Below, in pieces: positions 48,981 through 59,030 of a stretch of 64,000 nt of DNA (positions within the stretch are counted from its first letter, which is position 1; each line of letters begins with the position of its first letter). This DNA is from a virus (taxonomy: Duplodnaviria; Caudoviricetes). The notes under the pieces are model-generated. The model had not been told where the DNA came from. It searched no databases and saw nothing but the letters and a program-made list of their open reading frames with translations. The stretch is taken from positions 2,587-66,586 of the IMG/VR virus record IMGVR_UViG_2840904412_000001. One strand, given 5' to 3'. Both the position numbers and the translations under genes were made by a program.

Positions 48981-49565
48981 ATGAAACTAAAAATTAAAAA
49001 CAAATTTATGGGAGTATTAGAAGTTGCTAATTCTACGGGTGTAACTAAACTAGATGTACCATTAAACAATATACACGAGTGGTACCCTTTTTCTAATGCA
49101 TATTCTTATAAGTACAATGTAAAAACAAAAGAATTAGTATTAAAAAGATTACGTTCATCATTACCAGTGTCTTATGGTATTAGAACCTCTAAAGAATATA
49201 GTAAAGACAGAGTATGCAACACAGTTACATGGTTAAATCATGCAGTAAAGGATAGCAATTTATATATTATCAACAAAGCTAAATCTTATGGACTTCCTGT
49301 TATTACAGAAACCTACACACAAGAAGATGTAGATTATGGCTTTGCACAACTAAATGTTATTTTTTCTGAACTAAAGTCTTTGATTATTAGTCGTTACTTA
49401 GAGGATAAAGATAGTGACTTTATTACTAAATTTAATCATCATAATCCAGAGACACAGTATCATTTAGCAGTTCAGGATGCAGACGATGCTGTTAATACAA
49501 CCTACGATGAATTAGGTCAAATGTACAAGATGCTACTTCTAATGAAGAAATTAAGCAAGCATTAA
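48981..49565 (+). CDS. Anti-sigma factor (phage G1 gp67-like)
   Basis: WYPFSNAY..LKRLRSSLP.SYG...LGQMYKMLLLMKK matches my recollection of G1 gp67; position before primase. Confidence 0.75.
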   Translation: MKLKIKNKFMGVLEVANSTGVTKLDVPLNNIHEWYPFSNAYSYKYNVKTKELVLKRLRSSLPVSYGIRTSKEYSKDRVCNTVTWLNHAVKDSNLYIINKAKSYGLPVITETYTQEDVDYGFAQLNVIFSELKSLIISRYLEDKDSDFITKFNHHNPETQYHLAVQDADDAVNTTYDELGQMYKMLLLMKKLSKH

Positions 49566-49577
49566 AGGATTGATTTT

Positions 49578-50639
49578 ATGAGATTCCAAGACTTTTTAAC
49601 GCAAGAACTAGGAAATCCTAAGATAAGTAATGGAGAGTACCAATATTGCTGTCCTTTCTGTGGTGAACAAAAGTACAAGTTCTATGTAAAAGACTCTTTA
49701 CAATCTGATAATGGATTATACCACTGTAAGAAATGTGATGCTACGGGAAACCCTATTACATTTATGAAAGATTATTATTCTATATCCGCAAAACAAGCTA
49801 TAGACTTGTTAGAAACTAAAAATATAACTTTTGATATAAGTCCATTAGATAACTACAGTAATGAACTATCAGAGTCAGATAAACTTATACTTCATCTAAG
49901 ACATAAAAGTCATAAAAATAATACTGAAGATAAAAAACCACCAAGACTGCCTGAAGGTTTTAAATATCTAAAAGATAATTTACAAAACAAAGAGTCTTAT
50001 CCTTTTTTATATTACTTAAAAAATAGAGGTATTACACTTAATCAGATTATAGAGCATAATATAGCTTATGTAACAAATGGGTATTTTTACAAAACAAATG
50101 GAGAAAAAGCACCATTAAGAAATAGTGTTATCTTTTTTACGTACGGTAACAATGGTAATTATAAATATTGGAACACACGTAGCATAGACCCTAATCCCTA
50201 TTTAAAATCTATTAATGCACCTTCCACAGAACAGGAGTATGCAAGAAAAGATTGTATCTTTAATTTCAATAACGCTAGAAAAGAAAAAGTAATGATTATT
50301 ACAGAAGGTGTTTTTGACGCACTTACGTTCGGTAAATCGGGTGTTGCTACATTTGGTAAACAAGTTACCCAATCTCAACTAGACCAGATTATTCAGTATA
50401 CACATAAAGGTACTATTATCTATATTATGCTAGATAGTGACGCACTTACAAATAACATTAAATTAGCTAGAAAGCTACACGAACATTTTACTACATTTGT
50501 AGTTCCACACGGTGTAGAAGATGCAAATGATATGGGTAAAGAAAAAGCTGTTAAAGTACTTAAAGAAAATAGAATTTTAGCTACACCAGAGAACCTACAG
50601 AATTACTTATTACAACAAAAATTAACATTTAATGCTTGA
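49578..50639 (+). CDS. DNA primase
   Basis: CPFC...CKKC zinc finger; TOPRIM EGVFDA, LDSDA. Confidence 0.9.
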   Translation: MRFQDFLTQELGNPKISNGEYQYCCPFCGEQKYKFYVKDSLQSDNGLYHCKKCDATGNPITFMKDYYSISAKQAIDLLETKNITFDISPLDNYSNELSESDKLILHLRHKSHKNNTEDKKPPRLPEGFKYLKDNLQNKESYPFLYYLKNRGITLNQIIEHNIAYVTNGYFYKTNGEKAPLRNSVIFFTYGNNGNYKYWNTRSIDPNPYLKSINAPSTEQEYARKDCIFNFNNARKEKVMIITEGVFDALTFGKSGVATFGKQVTQSQLDQIIQYTHKGTIIYIMLDSDALTNNIKLARKLHEHFTTFVVPHGVEDANDMGKEKAVKVLKENRILATPENLQNYLLQQKLTFNA

Positions 50640-50693
50640 TTTAACATAAAATTTATGGTACAATAATGAAAGAAAGGTAAAGGAGGACTAGCC

Positions 50694-51002
50694 TTGGAGG
50701 AAAAAAGTATTTATAATTTTGTAGATGAATATTTAATCTTAGAATCTACAAATAGTAAAGAAAAATTAAAGCAATTAGAAGAAGAAGGTAATAGATATAC
50801 TGCAACATATACAGATGTTGCAAAGGCAATTACGAACTTAACATATGGTATGAACGAACAACTAACTGACGTTCATGCTATGGTTACATCATTACTTTCT
50901 ATCTTAGTAGAATCTATGTACGAAGAAAATGTAATTGACCAAAAAGTATTAGATAAAATTGAAGAGTACCAAAATAAATTATATGAAAAGGAAGATGAAT
51001 AA
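50694..51002 (+). CDS. Hypothetical protein
   Basis: AGGAGG RBS; promoter upstream; synteny. Confidence 0.65.
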   Translation: MEEKSIYNFVDEYLILESTNSKEKLKQLEEEGNRYTATYTDVAKAITNLTYGMNEQLTDVHAMVTSLLSILVESMYEENVIDQKVLDKIEEYQNKLYEKEDE

Positions 51003-51433
51003 TGGAAAAATCTGTATCAACTCATGCTAAGGATATTTCAACTAATGACTTAAATAAATGGTTAGAAGCCGTAGTAACAAATAAAGTTAATGGAAAAGAA
51101 ATTGGAGAAAAGGAAGCTAAAGAACTACAACGATTAGGTAAACGTTCTGTATCTTTAGAGGTAGCTACAAGTATTGCTGATTACTTAACTAAGTATGAAG
51201 TAGAAAATCAAGTTTCACGACTTCTACAAAGTATTGATTTACTTATGGTTATTATGGAAGATGAACTAGGTATTGATGAAGAAAAACGTAATAAAGCTGT
51301 AGCTAAACTAAATGAGAAGTATGAAGCCTATATTAAAGAACAACAAGAAAAAATTAAAGAACAACAAAAGCAAGAGACACAAGAAACTGACCGTAGTGAG
51401 AAAGTCGTTTCTATGAAACCTAAAAATGAGTAG
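51002..51433 (+). CDS. Hypothetical protein
   Basis: Coupled ORF; synteny. Confidence 0.65.
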   Translation: MEKSVSTHAKDISTNDLNKWLEAVVTNKVNGKEIGEKEAKELQRLGKRSVSLEVATSIADYLTKYEVENQVSRLLQSIDLLMVIMEDELGIDEEKRNKAVAKLNEKYEAYIKEQQEKIKEQQKQETQETDRSEKVVSMKPKNE

Positions 51434-52025
51434 TAAAAGTAAAGGTGATACATTCGAAAGGAAAACAGCTAAAACACTAGGTGAGTGGTGGGGTTACAAG
51501 TTTAACCGCACACCACAGTCTGGTGGTGCTAGTTGGGGGTCTCAAAATAATGCAGTAGGGGATATTGTAACACCTCCTGATGCTGAGTTCCCTTTAGTTA
51601 TAGAATGTAAGCATAGAGAAAATTGGAACATGGATAATGTATTACTCAATAACAAGGAGCCTCATACATGGTGGCAACAAGTTATCAGGGATTCAGAACA
51701 TGTAGGTAAAGTTCCTTGCCTTATTTTTACTCGTAATAGAGCAAGGGATTATGTTGCATTACCTTATATAGAATCTGTATATAATAACCTTAGAGATAAA
51801 GATTATCCCGTCATGAGAACAAGTTTTATTACTACTAATCTTAAAGAAGAAAAGTTTTACTATGATGTTCTTGTGACTACTATTGAAGGGTTGACCCATT
51901 TCAAACCTTGCTATATTAAATCTTGCTACAACGAATTTGAGGTAATACCTTATAAAACAACATCTAAAAAAACTGTGAACAAAGACGAAGATAGTTTAAT
52001 AGATGATATTTTAGATAATATATAA
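51426..52025 (+). CDS. Holliday junction resolvase (Hjc-like PD-(D/E)xK)
   Basis: KSKGDTFER...SGG...GDI...IECK. Confidence 0.85.
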   Translation: MSSKSKGDTFERKTAKTLGEWWGYKFNRTPQSGGASWGSQNNAVGDIVTPPDAEFPLVIECKHRENWNMDNVLLNNKEPHTWWQQVIRDSEHVGKVPCLIFTRNRARDYVALPYIESVYNNLRDKDYPVMRTSFITTNLKEEKFYYDVLVTTIEGLTHFKPCYIKSCYNEFEVIPYKTTSKKTVNKDEDSLIDDILDNI

Positions 52026-52039
52026 CAAGGAATGATTTT

Positions 52040-52432
52040 ATGACAAAAGAAGAACGACCTATGATTGTATACTTTTCAGGTACAGGACAAACTAAAAGAT
52101 TAGTAGAAAAGATTAATAATGGCTCATTTGAGGTAATGAGAATGAAAACAGGTAATGAAGAAATTAAACGACCTTATATTCTTATTACCCCTACTTATAT
52201 GAAAGGTGAAATTCCTAAACAAGTACAAAAATTTATTAATAATAATCACGCACCTAAAGAAGTTATTGGAACAGGAAATCGTCAATGGGGTCAATATTTC
52301 TGTGGTGCAAGTAAGCAAATAGCTGAAATGTTTAAAATTCCTTTAATTGCTAAAATTGAGCAATCAGGTCATTTTAATGAAGTAAATAGTATTAAAGAAT
52401 ATTTTACAACAGAATACAAAGTTAGTTACTAG
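52040..52432 (+). CDS. nrdI: Ribonucleotide reductase flavodoxin NrdI
   Basis: YFSGTGQT, ITPTY, GTGNRQWG..FC motifs. Confidence 0.92.
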   Translation: MTKEERPMIVYFSGTGQTKRLVEKINNGSFEVMRMKTGNEEIKRPYILITPTYMKGEIPKQVQKFINNNHAPKEVIGTGNRQWGQYFCGASKQIAEMFKIPLIAKIEQSGHFNEVNSIKEYFTTEYKVSY

Positions 52433-52442
52433 AGGTGAAAAG

Positions 52443-55400
52443 ATGGCAACTTATGGTAAGTGGATTGACCTTAACAACGAGGTCACTCAACTAGATGAAA
52501 ATGGAAAAAATAAACTCTATAAGGATAAAGAAGCCTTAGAAGAGTATTTAAAATATATTAAAGAAAATACACGTAATTTTGATAATGAAGTAGAGCGTGT
52601 GCGTACCTTAACTAAAGAAGGTGCTTACGATAAATTATTTGATAATATACCAGATACTATTATCGAAGAAATGACAAAGTTAGCTTATAGTTTTAACTTT
52701 CAATTTCAGAGCTTTATGGCATGTCAAAAGTTCTATGAATCATATGCTGTGACACAGTATGATGAGGACGATAATCCTATTTTTGTAGAGAACTATGAAC
52801 AGCATTGTGTAGGTATTGCTCTACATTTACATTCTGATGATTATGTACAAGCAAGAAAACTATTAAAAGCACTTATTGGACAGCAATACCAACCAAGTAG
52901 CCCTACTGCTATTAATAGTAGACGGGCTAAACGTGGAGAGTTAAGCTCTTGTTATATCTTTGTCGTAGATGACACTACAGAATCTATTAACTTTGTTGTT
53001 AATAACACTGTAAATGCAAGTAAAAATGCAGGAGGAGTGTCCGTAGAAGCCTCTAGGATTAGACCTAAAGGTTCTAGCGTAAACGGAAACCCAAATGCTA
53101 GTAAAGGTGTAATTCCTTTTGCTAAAGCTATTGAACAATCTGTGAGTTGGTTTGACCAGGGTGGATTAAGAAACGGCTCTGCTGTCGTATACTTAAATAT
53201 TTTCCATCAAGATATTCAAGACTTCTTATCTGCTAAAAAGATTAACGCTAGTGATAAGGTAAGGTTAGACACATTATCTATTGGTGTTACAATTCCTAAT
53301 AAATTTATGGAGCTAGTAAAGTCTAATAAAGATTTCTATACATTTGACTCCTCTAACTTATACAAAGAAACAGGAAAACACTTAGATGAAATTAATTTTA
53401 ATAAAGAATACGATTCTTTAGTTAAAAACCCTAACATTAAAAAGAAAAAGTTAAATGCTAGGGACTTAATGACAGACATTGCTAAAACACAATTAGAATC
53501 AGGTTACCCTTATGTACTCTATATTGATAATGCAAATGATAACCATCCATTAAATGGTATCGGTAAAGTAAGAGCAAGTAATCTGTGTAAATAAATGCAC
53601 CTTTAACGAGTAATCGTTATCGAAAAATCTATCTAAAACGGGAAAGCCTAAGTCTTAACGATATGGTAATCCGTTGCTAAATATATAAATTGTAATCACT
53701 CTAGTAAGAAAGGGAGTGATAATATGGGAAACAAGAAACCTGTAGGTGCTGTTTATATAACTACATGTTCTATAAATGGTAAAAAGTATATCGGAAAATT
53801 TCTTTATAATAGGGTAAATAGCTGGGAAAAGTACTTAGGTTCAGGAAGATATTTAATAGATGATATTAAAAAGTACGGTAAGGATAAATTTACTAAGGAA
53901 ATTGTAAAAGATTACTATACAACAGAAGAATTAGAAAAGGCTGAGGAAGAATTAATCTTAAAAACTAATGCAGTTTATGATGACAATTACTATAATGTGA
54001 AATTATCCTCTGTAGGAGGAGATATATTTACAACAAACCCTAGAAAAGAAGAACTTAGAGAAATGAGAAAACAACAAATGAGTGGTCAAGGTAACCACCA
54101 ATACGGTAAACCTAAAACAGAAAAGATGATAAACTCTGTAAAAAAAGCTAACTCCAGAGCAATAGAAATTGACGGTATTGAATACCCAAGTACATCTAAA
54201 GCATCTGATACGTTAGGAATAGGTAAAACTACTATTGGATACAGGTTAGATTCAGAAAATTATCCTACATATAAAAGGTTAACACCTAGAAAATTTAAAA
54301 AGAAATGATTACAATTTATATTAAATGCCCAACGACTATCCGTAACCTATTCACATAAGTGAAGGGATAAGGTTAGAGCCAAGTGGTCAAGGTATTGAGT
54401 AATAATCATATAAAGCCTTGTTAAATCGAAACGGTAGACTTCCCGAGTGGAAGAATGATATAGTCTGCTCGTTTATGGAAACATAAAGAAGTTCATAAGA
54501 GAACTGGTAGTGATTAACGCCCACTATTGAACATACAGGACTGAGATAATGCAAGTACAAGAAGTATCAGAAATTAACCCTTATATGGAATCACAAAATG
54601 ATAAGATAGGTAGAGATGTTATTTGTACATTAGGTTCTTTGAACTTAGTTAATGTAGTAGAGAGTGGAGAATTACCAGAAGTTGTAGACTCAGGTATTCG
54701 AGCATTATCTGCAGTAACCGATAAAATGTATTTACCTTTTTTACCTAGTATTCAAAAAGCAAATGATGAACTAAGAGCTATAGGATTAGGAGTTCTCAAC
54801 CTACACGGACTTCTAGCTAAAAATTTAATTAGTTATGGCTCTAAAGATGCCTTAGATTTAATTAATAGTTTAATGAGTGCTATTAACTACTACTCATTAA
54901 AATCAAGTATGGAACTAGCTAAAGAAAATAAACCATTTAAAGATTTTGAAAAGTCTGATTATTATACCGGTAAATACTTTGACATGTATATTGAAAAGTC
55001 ACATGAACCTAAAACAACTAAAGCTAAAAAAGTTTTAGAGAAAGTTTACATCCCTACAACAGAAGATTGGAAACAATTAGCTAAAGATGTAAAAAAACAT
55101 GGTTTATATAATGCATATCGTATTGCCGTTGCTCCAACAGCTAGTATCTCGTATGTACAAAATGCTACTGCAAGCACAATGCCTGTATCGTCTCCTATTG
55201 AAAACCGACAATATGGTGATATGGAAACTTATTATCCTATGCCTTATATGTCTCCTATTACACAGTTCTTTTACGAAAGTGAGACAGCATACAAGGTAGA
55301 TAATAAACGCATTATTAACACAAGTGCGGTTATTCAAAAACATACAGACCAAGCAGTATCTACAATTCTATTTGTAGAATCGGAAATTCCCACTAATAAA

Positions 55401-55505
55401 TTAGTAAGTTTATATTATTATGCATGGGAAAAAGGATTAAAATCATTATACTACACACGTTCAAGAAAATTATCAGTTATTGAATGTGTATCATGTAGTG
55501 TATAG
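52443..55505 (+). CDS. nrdE: Class Ib RNR large subunit, join(52443-53588,54540-55505), 703 aa
   Basis: LSSC, SNLC|TEI restored by splicing, APTASIS, KSLYY, C-terminal CVSC. Confidence 0.93.
53589..54539 (+). ncRNA. Group I intron in nrdE carrying a homing endonuclease
   Basis: P1 GUGU/GCAC; terminal G; ORF enclosed by the stem ATATAAATTGTAATCA / TGATTACAATTTATAT. Confidence 0.9.
53724..54308 (+). CDS. Intron-encoded GIY-YIG homing endonuclease
   Basis: GAVY...YIG, YLGSG, YYN; NUMOD3-like GQGNHQYGK and terminal HTH. Confidence 0.88.
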   Translation: MGNKKPVGAVYITTCSINGKKYIGKFLYNRVNSWEKYLGSGRYLIDDIKKYGKDKFTKEIVKDYYTTEELEKAEEELILKTNAVYDDNYYNVKLSSVGGDIFTTNPRKEELREMRKQQMSGQGNHQYGKPKTEKMINSVKKANSRAIEIDGIEYPSTSKASDTLGIGKTTIGYRLDSENYPTYKRLTPRKFKKK

Positions 55506-55519
55506 AAAGGAAAGAATAT

Positions 55520-56951
55520 ATGTCACTAAAAGAGCAAGTAGAATTATATAACAGCAAAGATAAATTAAATGCTATTAATTGGAATAAAGAAGACGACCCT
55601 ATGGCTGAGCTTTACTGGCTACAAGGTGTTCAGCAATTCTGGTTAGAGACCGAATTTGATGTATCAAGAGATTTAAGTTCATGGAATAAACTTTCTGAAC
55701 TAGAGAAAGACACATATAAAAAGGTCCTAGCAGGATTAACAGGACTAGATACTAAACAAGGTGGGGAAGGTATGAATTTAATTTCATACCATGAACCACG
55801 TAATAAGTATCAAGCAGTATTTGCTTTTATGGGAGGCATGGAAGAAATCCATTAATTAATTAGTAGTGGATTTAAAACGTAGTTAAACGGGGAAACCCCT
55901 AACGTAAAGACGAGGGCAATCCCGTAGGAAGAATTAGTCTAGTAATAACTAAGGAGAGAAAATAAACAGTAAGTAAAGATGGATATTATTTACTAGACTA
56001 ATTTAATCTCTAACGACTAGGGAAAGGTGAGGTTTATGTCGAGAGGACTTATTCCAATAAACCCTGTACCGTAGAGCCAAGCTAAAGGGTTAGCATCAAG
56101 TGAAATTAGCTTGTATAAGACTATTAAATCGAAAAGCTACGGTTTGCAGAGTAACGACTGTATTCATGAGATAGTCTGAGCGTACATGGAAACATGTAGA
56201 AGGATAAACAATTGCAAGTTTATTCGTAACATAACTGGCTAGAAGCTATTCATATATTTTTACAACAATCCTTAATAACAAGGAAACAAATTACTTACTA
56301 GACGAATGGTCTGAAGAAGAACCGCATTTAACAAAAAAAGCACAGTATATTGGATACTTCTATAATAAATTACTACAAAAAAGTCCTAGTACTGTAGATA
56401 GATATATGGCTAAAGTAGCAAGTTCATTTTTAGAAAGTGCTTTATTCTACTCAGGTTTCTACTATCCATTGCTTTTAGCAGGTCAAGGTAGAATGACACA
56501 GTCAGGAGCTATTATTTACAAGATTACACAAGATGAATCTTACCATGGTTCCGCAGTAGGATTAACGGCACAGTATGATTATGAGCTTTTAACCGATGAA
56601 CAAAAAGAGTATGTAGACCAATTAACTTATGAGTTACTTGAAATTCTATACGAAAATGAAGTACATTATTCAGAAATGCTATATGGTAAGTTAGGGTTAA
56701 CGGAAGATGTTATTAACTATGTACAATATAACTTCAATAGAGCTTTAGCTAACTTAGGTAAAGAAGATTACTTTGACCCTAAACCATTTAACCCTATTGT
56801 TAACAATCAAACAAATGTAGATAGAATGAGACATGTAGATTTCTTTAGTGGTAAAGCTGATTATGAAAAATCTACCAATATTAAAGACCTTAAAGATGAG
56901 GACTTTAAATTTGAGGATAAAGAATCTGCTTTAGTAGACGAATTTTTATAA
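55520..56951 (+). CDS. nrdF: Class Ib RNR small subunit, join(55520-55852,56238-56951), 348 aa
   Basis: EEIH|ARSYS restored by splicing; FLES.LFYSGFY, DESYH. Confidence 0.93.
55853..56237 (+). ncRNA. Group I intron in nrdF (ORF-less)
   Basis: P1 AAUCCAU/GUGGAUU; P7 GACTA/TAGTC; ends ATAACTG. Confidence 0.9.
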
Positions 56952-56963
56952 AGGAATGATGTT

Positions 56964-57233
56964 ATGGAAAGACTGGAGAAAGACAAAGCCCTAGAAATTC
57001 TTAATAAAACGAGTATTGTTTTACAAAATCATGAAGATTTTAAAGTATCTGACGTACAAGATGCCTACGGTGCTAAGTGTGTGACAATTGGTTATGATAC
57101 AGAAGATTATTTTCTTATTTATGATAATAGAAAACTAACTCTAAATTCAAAACCTAATGATTCAGGATTTGACAATACAGTAACTGTAAATTCATTTGAA
57201 GATATTCTAAATACGATTGGGGAAGAAGATTAA
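56964..57233 (+). CDS. Hypothetical protein
   Basis: AAAGGA RBS; synteny. Confidence 0.65.
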   Translation: MERLEKDKALEILNKTSIVLQNHEDFKVSDVQDAYGAKCVTIGYDTEDYFLIYDNRKLTLNSKPNDSGFDNTVTVNSFEDILNTIGEED

Positions 57234-57543
57234 TATGGAAGAAGTTAAAAGTTTAGTAGACTTAAATGTACAAGTAAGACAAAAGAAAGATGCTATTGCA
57301 TTACTAACACAAAATAATTGCGGTAAATGTGAAATCTTAAAGCAGGTTATCCCACACTTAAATTTATCTAAACCGTTATTTGTTTTAAATTTAGATGGCA
57401 AGGACGCTGACCGTGAACAAATCATCAATCATTTTGACCTCATGTCTACTCCCGTACTTGTAGGGTATAAAGATGGGGAATTAGTTAAGAAGTTTGAAGA
57501 TGATGTTACACCTCAACAATTACAAGAACTAGAAGATTTATAA
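57217..57543 (+). CDS. Thioredoxin/glutaredoxin-like protein
   Basis: CGKC redox motif and STP cis-Pro motif; start may be ATG 57235. Confidence 0.85.
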   Translation: MGKKINMEEVKSLVDLNVQVRQKKDAIALLTQNNCGKCEILKQVIPHLNLSKPLFVLNLDGKDADREQIINHFDLMSTPVLVGYKDGELVKKFEDDVTPQQLQELEDL

Positions 57544-57620
57544 TTTTGAGTTACCGCTACTTTATGTTATACTAAGGTAGCGGGTTTGTTTGGGGTCACA
57601 AACAAAAGGAATGATTAACA

Positions 57621-58343
57621 ATCGCAAAGAACAAAACTTTAACTATTTATAATAGTGACAGATACTTTAACATACACACTAAAAAGAAATCCGAGCTAGA
57701 TGCTATTAGAGTACTTTCTTATAATGAAAAGTCGTTAGAAAATATTATGGATGATTTAGAATCCAAGTCATCTAGGTATGTTATGAGAGATGATAGACAT
57801 TACTTATTGTTTAACGAAAAGTATAATAATGATAAGTTAATAGAAAAAATTATTAAACATGGTGGTAAAGTAACGTATTACACAGATACTGTTGTTCCTT
57901 ACTATGTATTTAAAGATTTAGCTAAACACCAAGATTCTACAGTAGTATACCGTATGCGTAAAGATTTTACTGATAAAGAAGTAGATAATATAGCCTTATC
58001 TTTTATGGGTACTAAAGTTGTTGTAGATATTTCTGTTGTACTCCCTAATGTAAACCCTTATGAAATTATCAGACAGCTACATAGTGTTAAAACCAATGTA
58101 GATGAGGTTCATTTAAGTTTCCCTAGACTTAAAGAAGTAGATACTAAACAGAAAAAGTTTTATGATTTTGATGGTGAGGCATATACTATGAAACCGGAAT
58201 ATAAAGTAGACTTTGCTGATAGAATACGGGTATCTCTATCTGTATGGAAGATGTACATTTATATATTAACAGACGACAAAGACCATACAGACGTACAGAG
58301 TGTTATTGATAAACTAAAGAAGTATAGGAAAGTTAAGATATAA
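57621..58343 (+). CDS. Conserved hypothetical protein; possible ATC start at 57621 (first ATG 57747)
   Basis: 198 aa ORF with 42 further open codons back to an SD-proximal ATC. Confidence 0.65.
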   Translation: MAKNKTLTIYNSDRYFNIHTKKKSELDAIRVLSYNEKSLENIMDDLESKSSRYVMRDDRHYLLFNEKYNNDKLIEKIIKHGGKVTYYTDTVVPYYVFKDLAKHQDSTVVYRMRKDFTDKEVDNIALSFMGTKVVVDISVVLPNVNPYEIIRQLHSVKTNVDEVHLSFPRLKEVDTKQKKFYDFDGEAYTMKPEYKVDFADRIRVSLSVWKMYIYILTDDKDHTDVQSVIDKLKKYRKVKI

Positions 58344-58639
58344 TGGCAAACAGAAAAGATATTATAAGAAGAATATCTGATAAAACAGGATACTACATGC
58401 AAGATATTGAAGAAATACTTAATGCTGAAGCAGAGTCTATATACGAACTTCTAAAAGAAGGTAACCACAGAATAAAGCACCATAAGTTCTATCAAATAGA
58501 AGTAGAAACTAGGGAACCTAAGGAAGCATGGGATGGATTAAATAAAAGGTATTTTCAAATACCAGAAAAAAAATATATTAAGTTTAGACCTATGTCAGAA
58601 CTAGAGAAGGTCATAAAAGATATTAATGGGGAAGAGTAA
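58343..58639 (+). CDS. HU/IHF-like DNA-binding protein
   Basis: NRKDII..IS.KTG...IPEKKYIKFRP HU-fold pattern. Confidence 0.8.
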   Translation: MANRKDIIRRISDKTGYYMQDIEEILNAEAESIYELLKEGNHRIKHHKFYQIEVETREPKEAWDGLNKRYFQIPEKKYIKFRPMSELEKVIKDINGEE

Positions 58640-58716
58640 ATTCTTCCTCTTTTTTTATTGACATTCTTTTATTTATGTTATATACTAAATATGTACTAAT
58701 AAGGAGGTAGATATGT

Positions 58717-59028
58717 ATGGAAGATTTAATTAGTTACTTTTATTCTATGGAAAGTAAGATTCTAAATGGATGTAATTTAAAAAACATTATGGTAGAAGAT
58801 AATAAAGATATTACATTGTATTTTAAGGTAAATAAGAGTGTAGAGCTTATTTATGTAAATCAATATACAGAATATACTTTGCTATTAATTGACGTGGAAA
58901 CAGGAGATGAGTACCTTACAACTAAAGAGAAGCTAGGGGTTTGGTTACACGAAATTACTAGAAATATGTATAATAGAAATTATCTTAAAGTTGTTGATGA
59001 ATTCTATAGACTAGATTGGAGAGGGTAA
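58717..59028 (+). CDS. Hypothetical protein
   Basis: Promoter TTGACA-17-TATACT (58658-58686); AAGGAGG RBS. Confidence 0.65.
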   Translation: MEDLISYFYSMESKILNGCNLKNIMVEDNKDITLYFKVNKSVELIYVNQYTEYTLLLIDVETGDEYLTTKEKLGVWLHEITRNMYNRNYLKVVDEFYRLDWRG

Positions 59029-59030
59029 GT

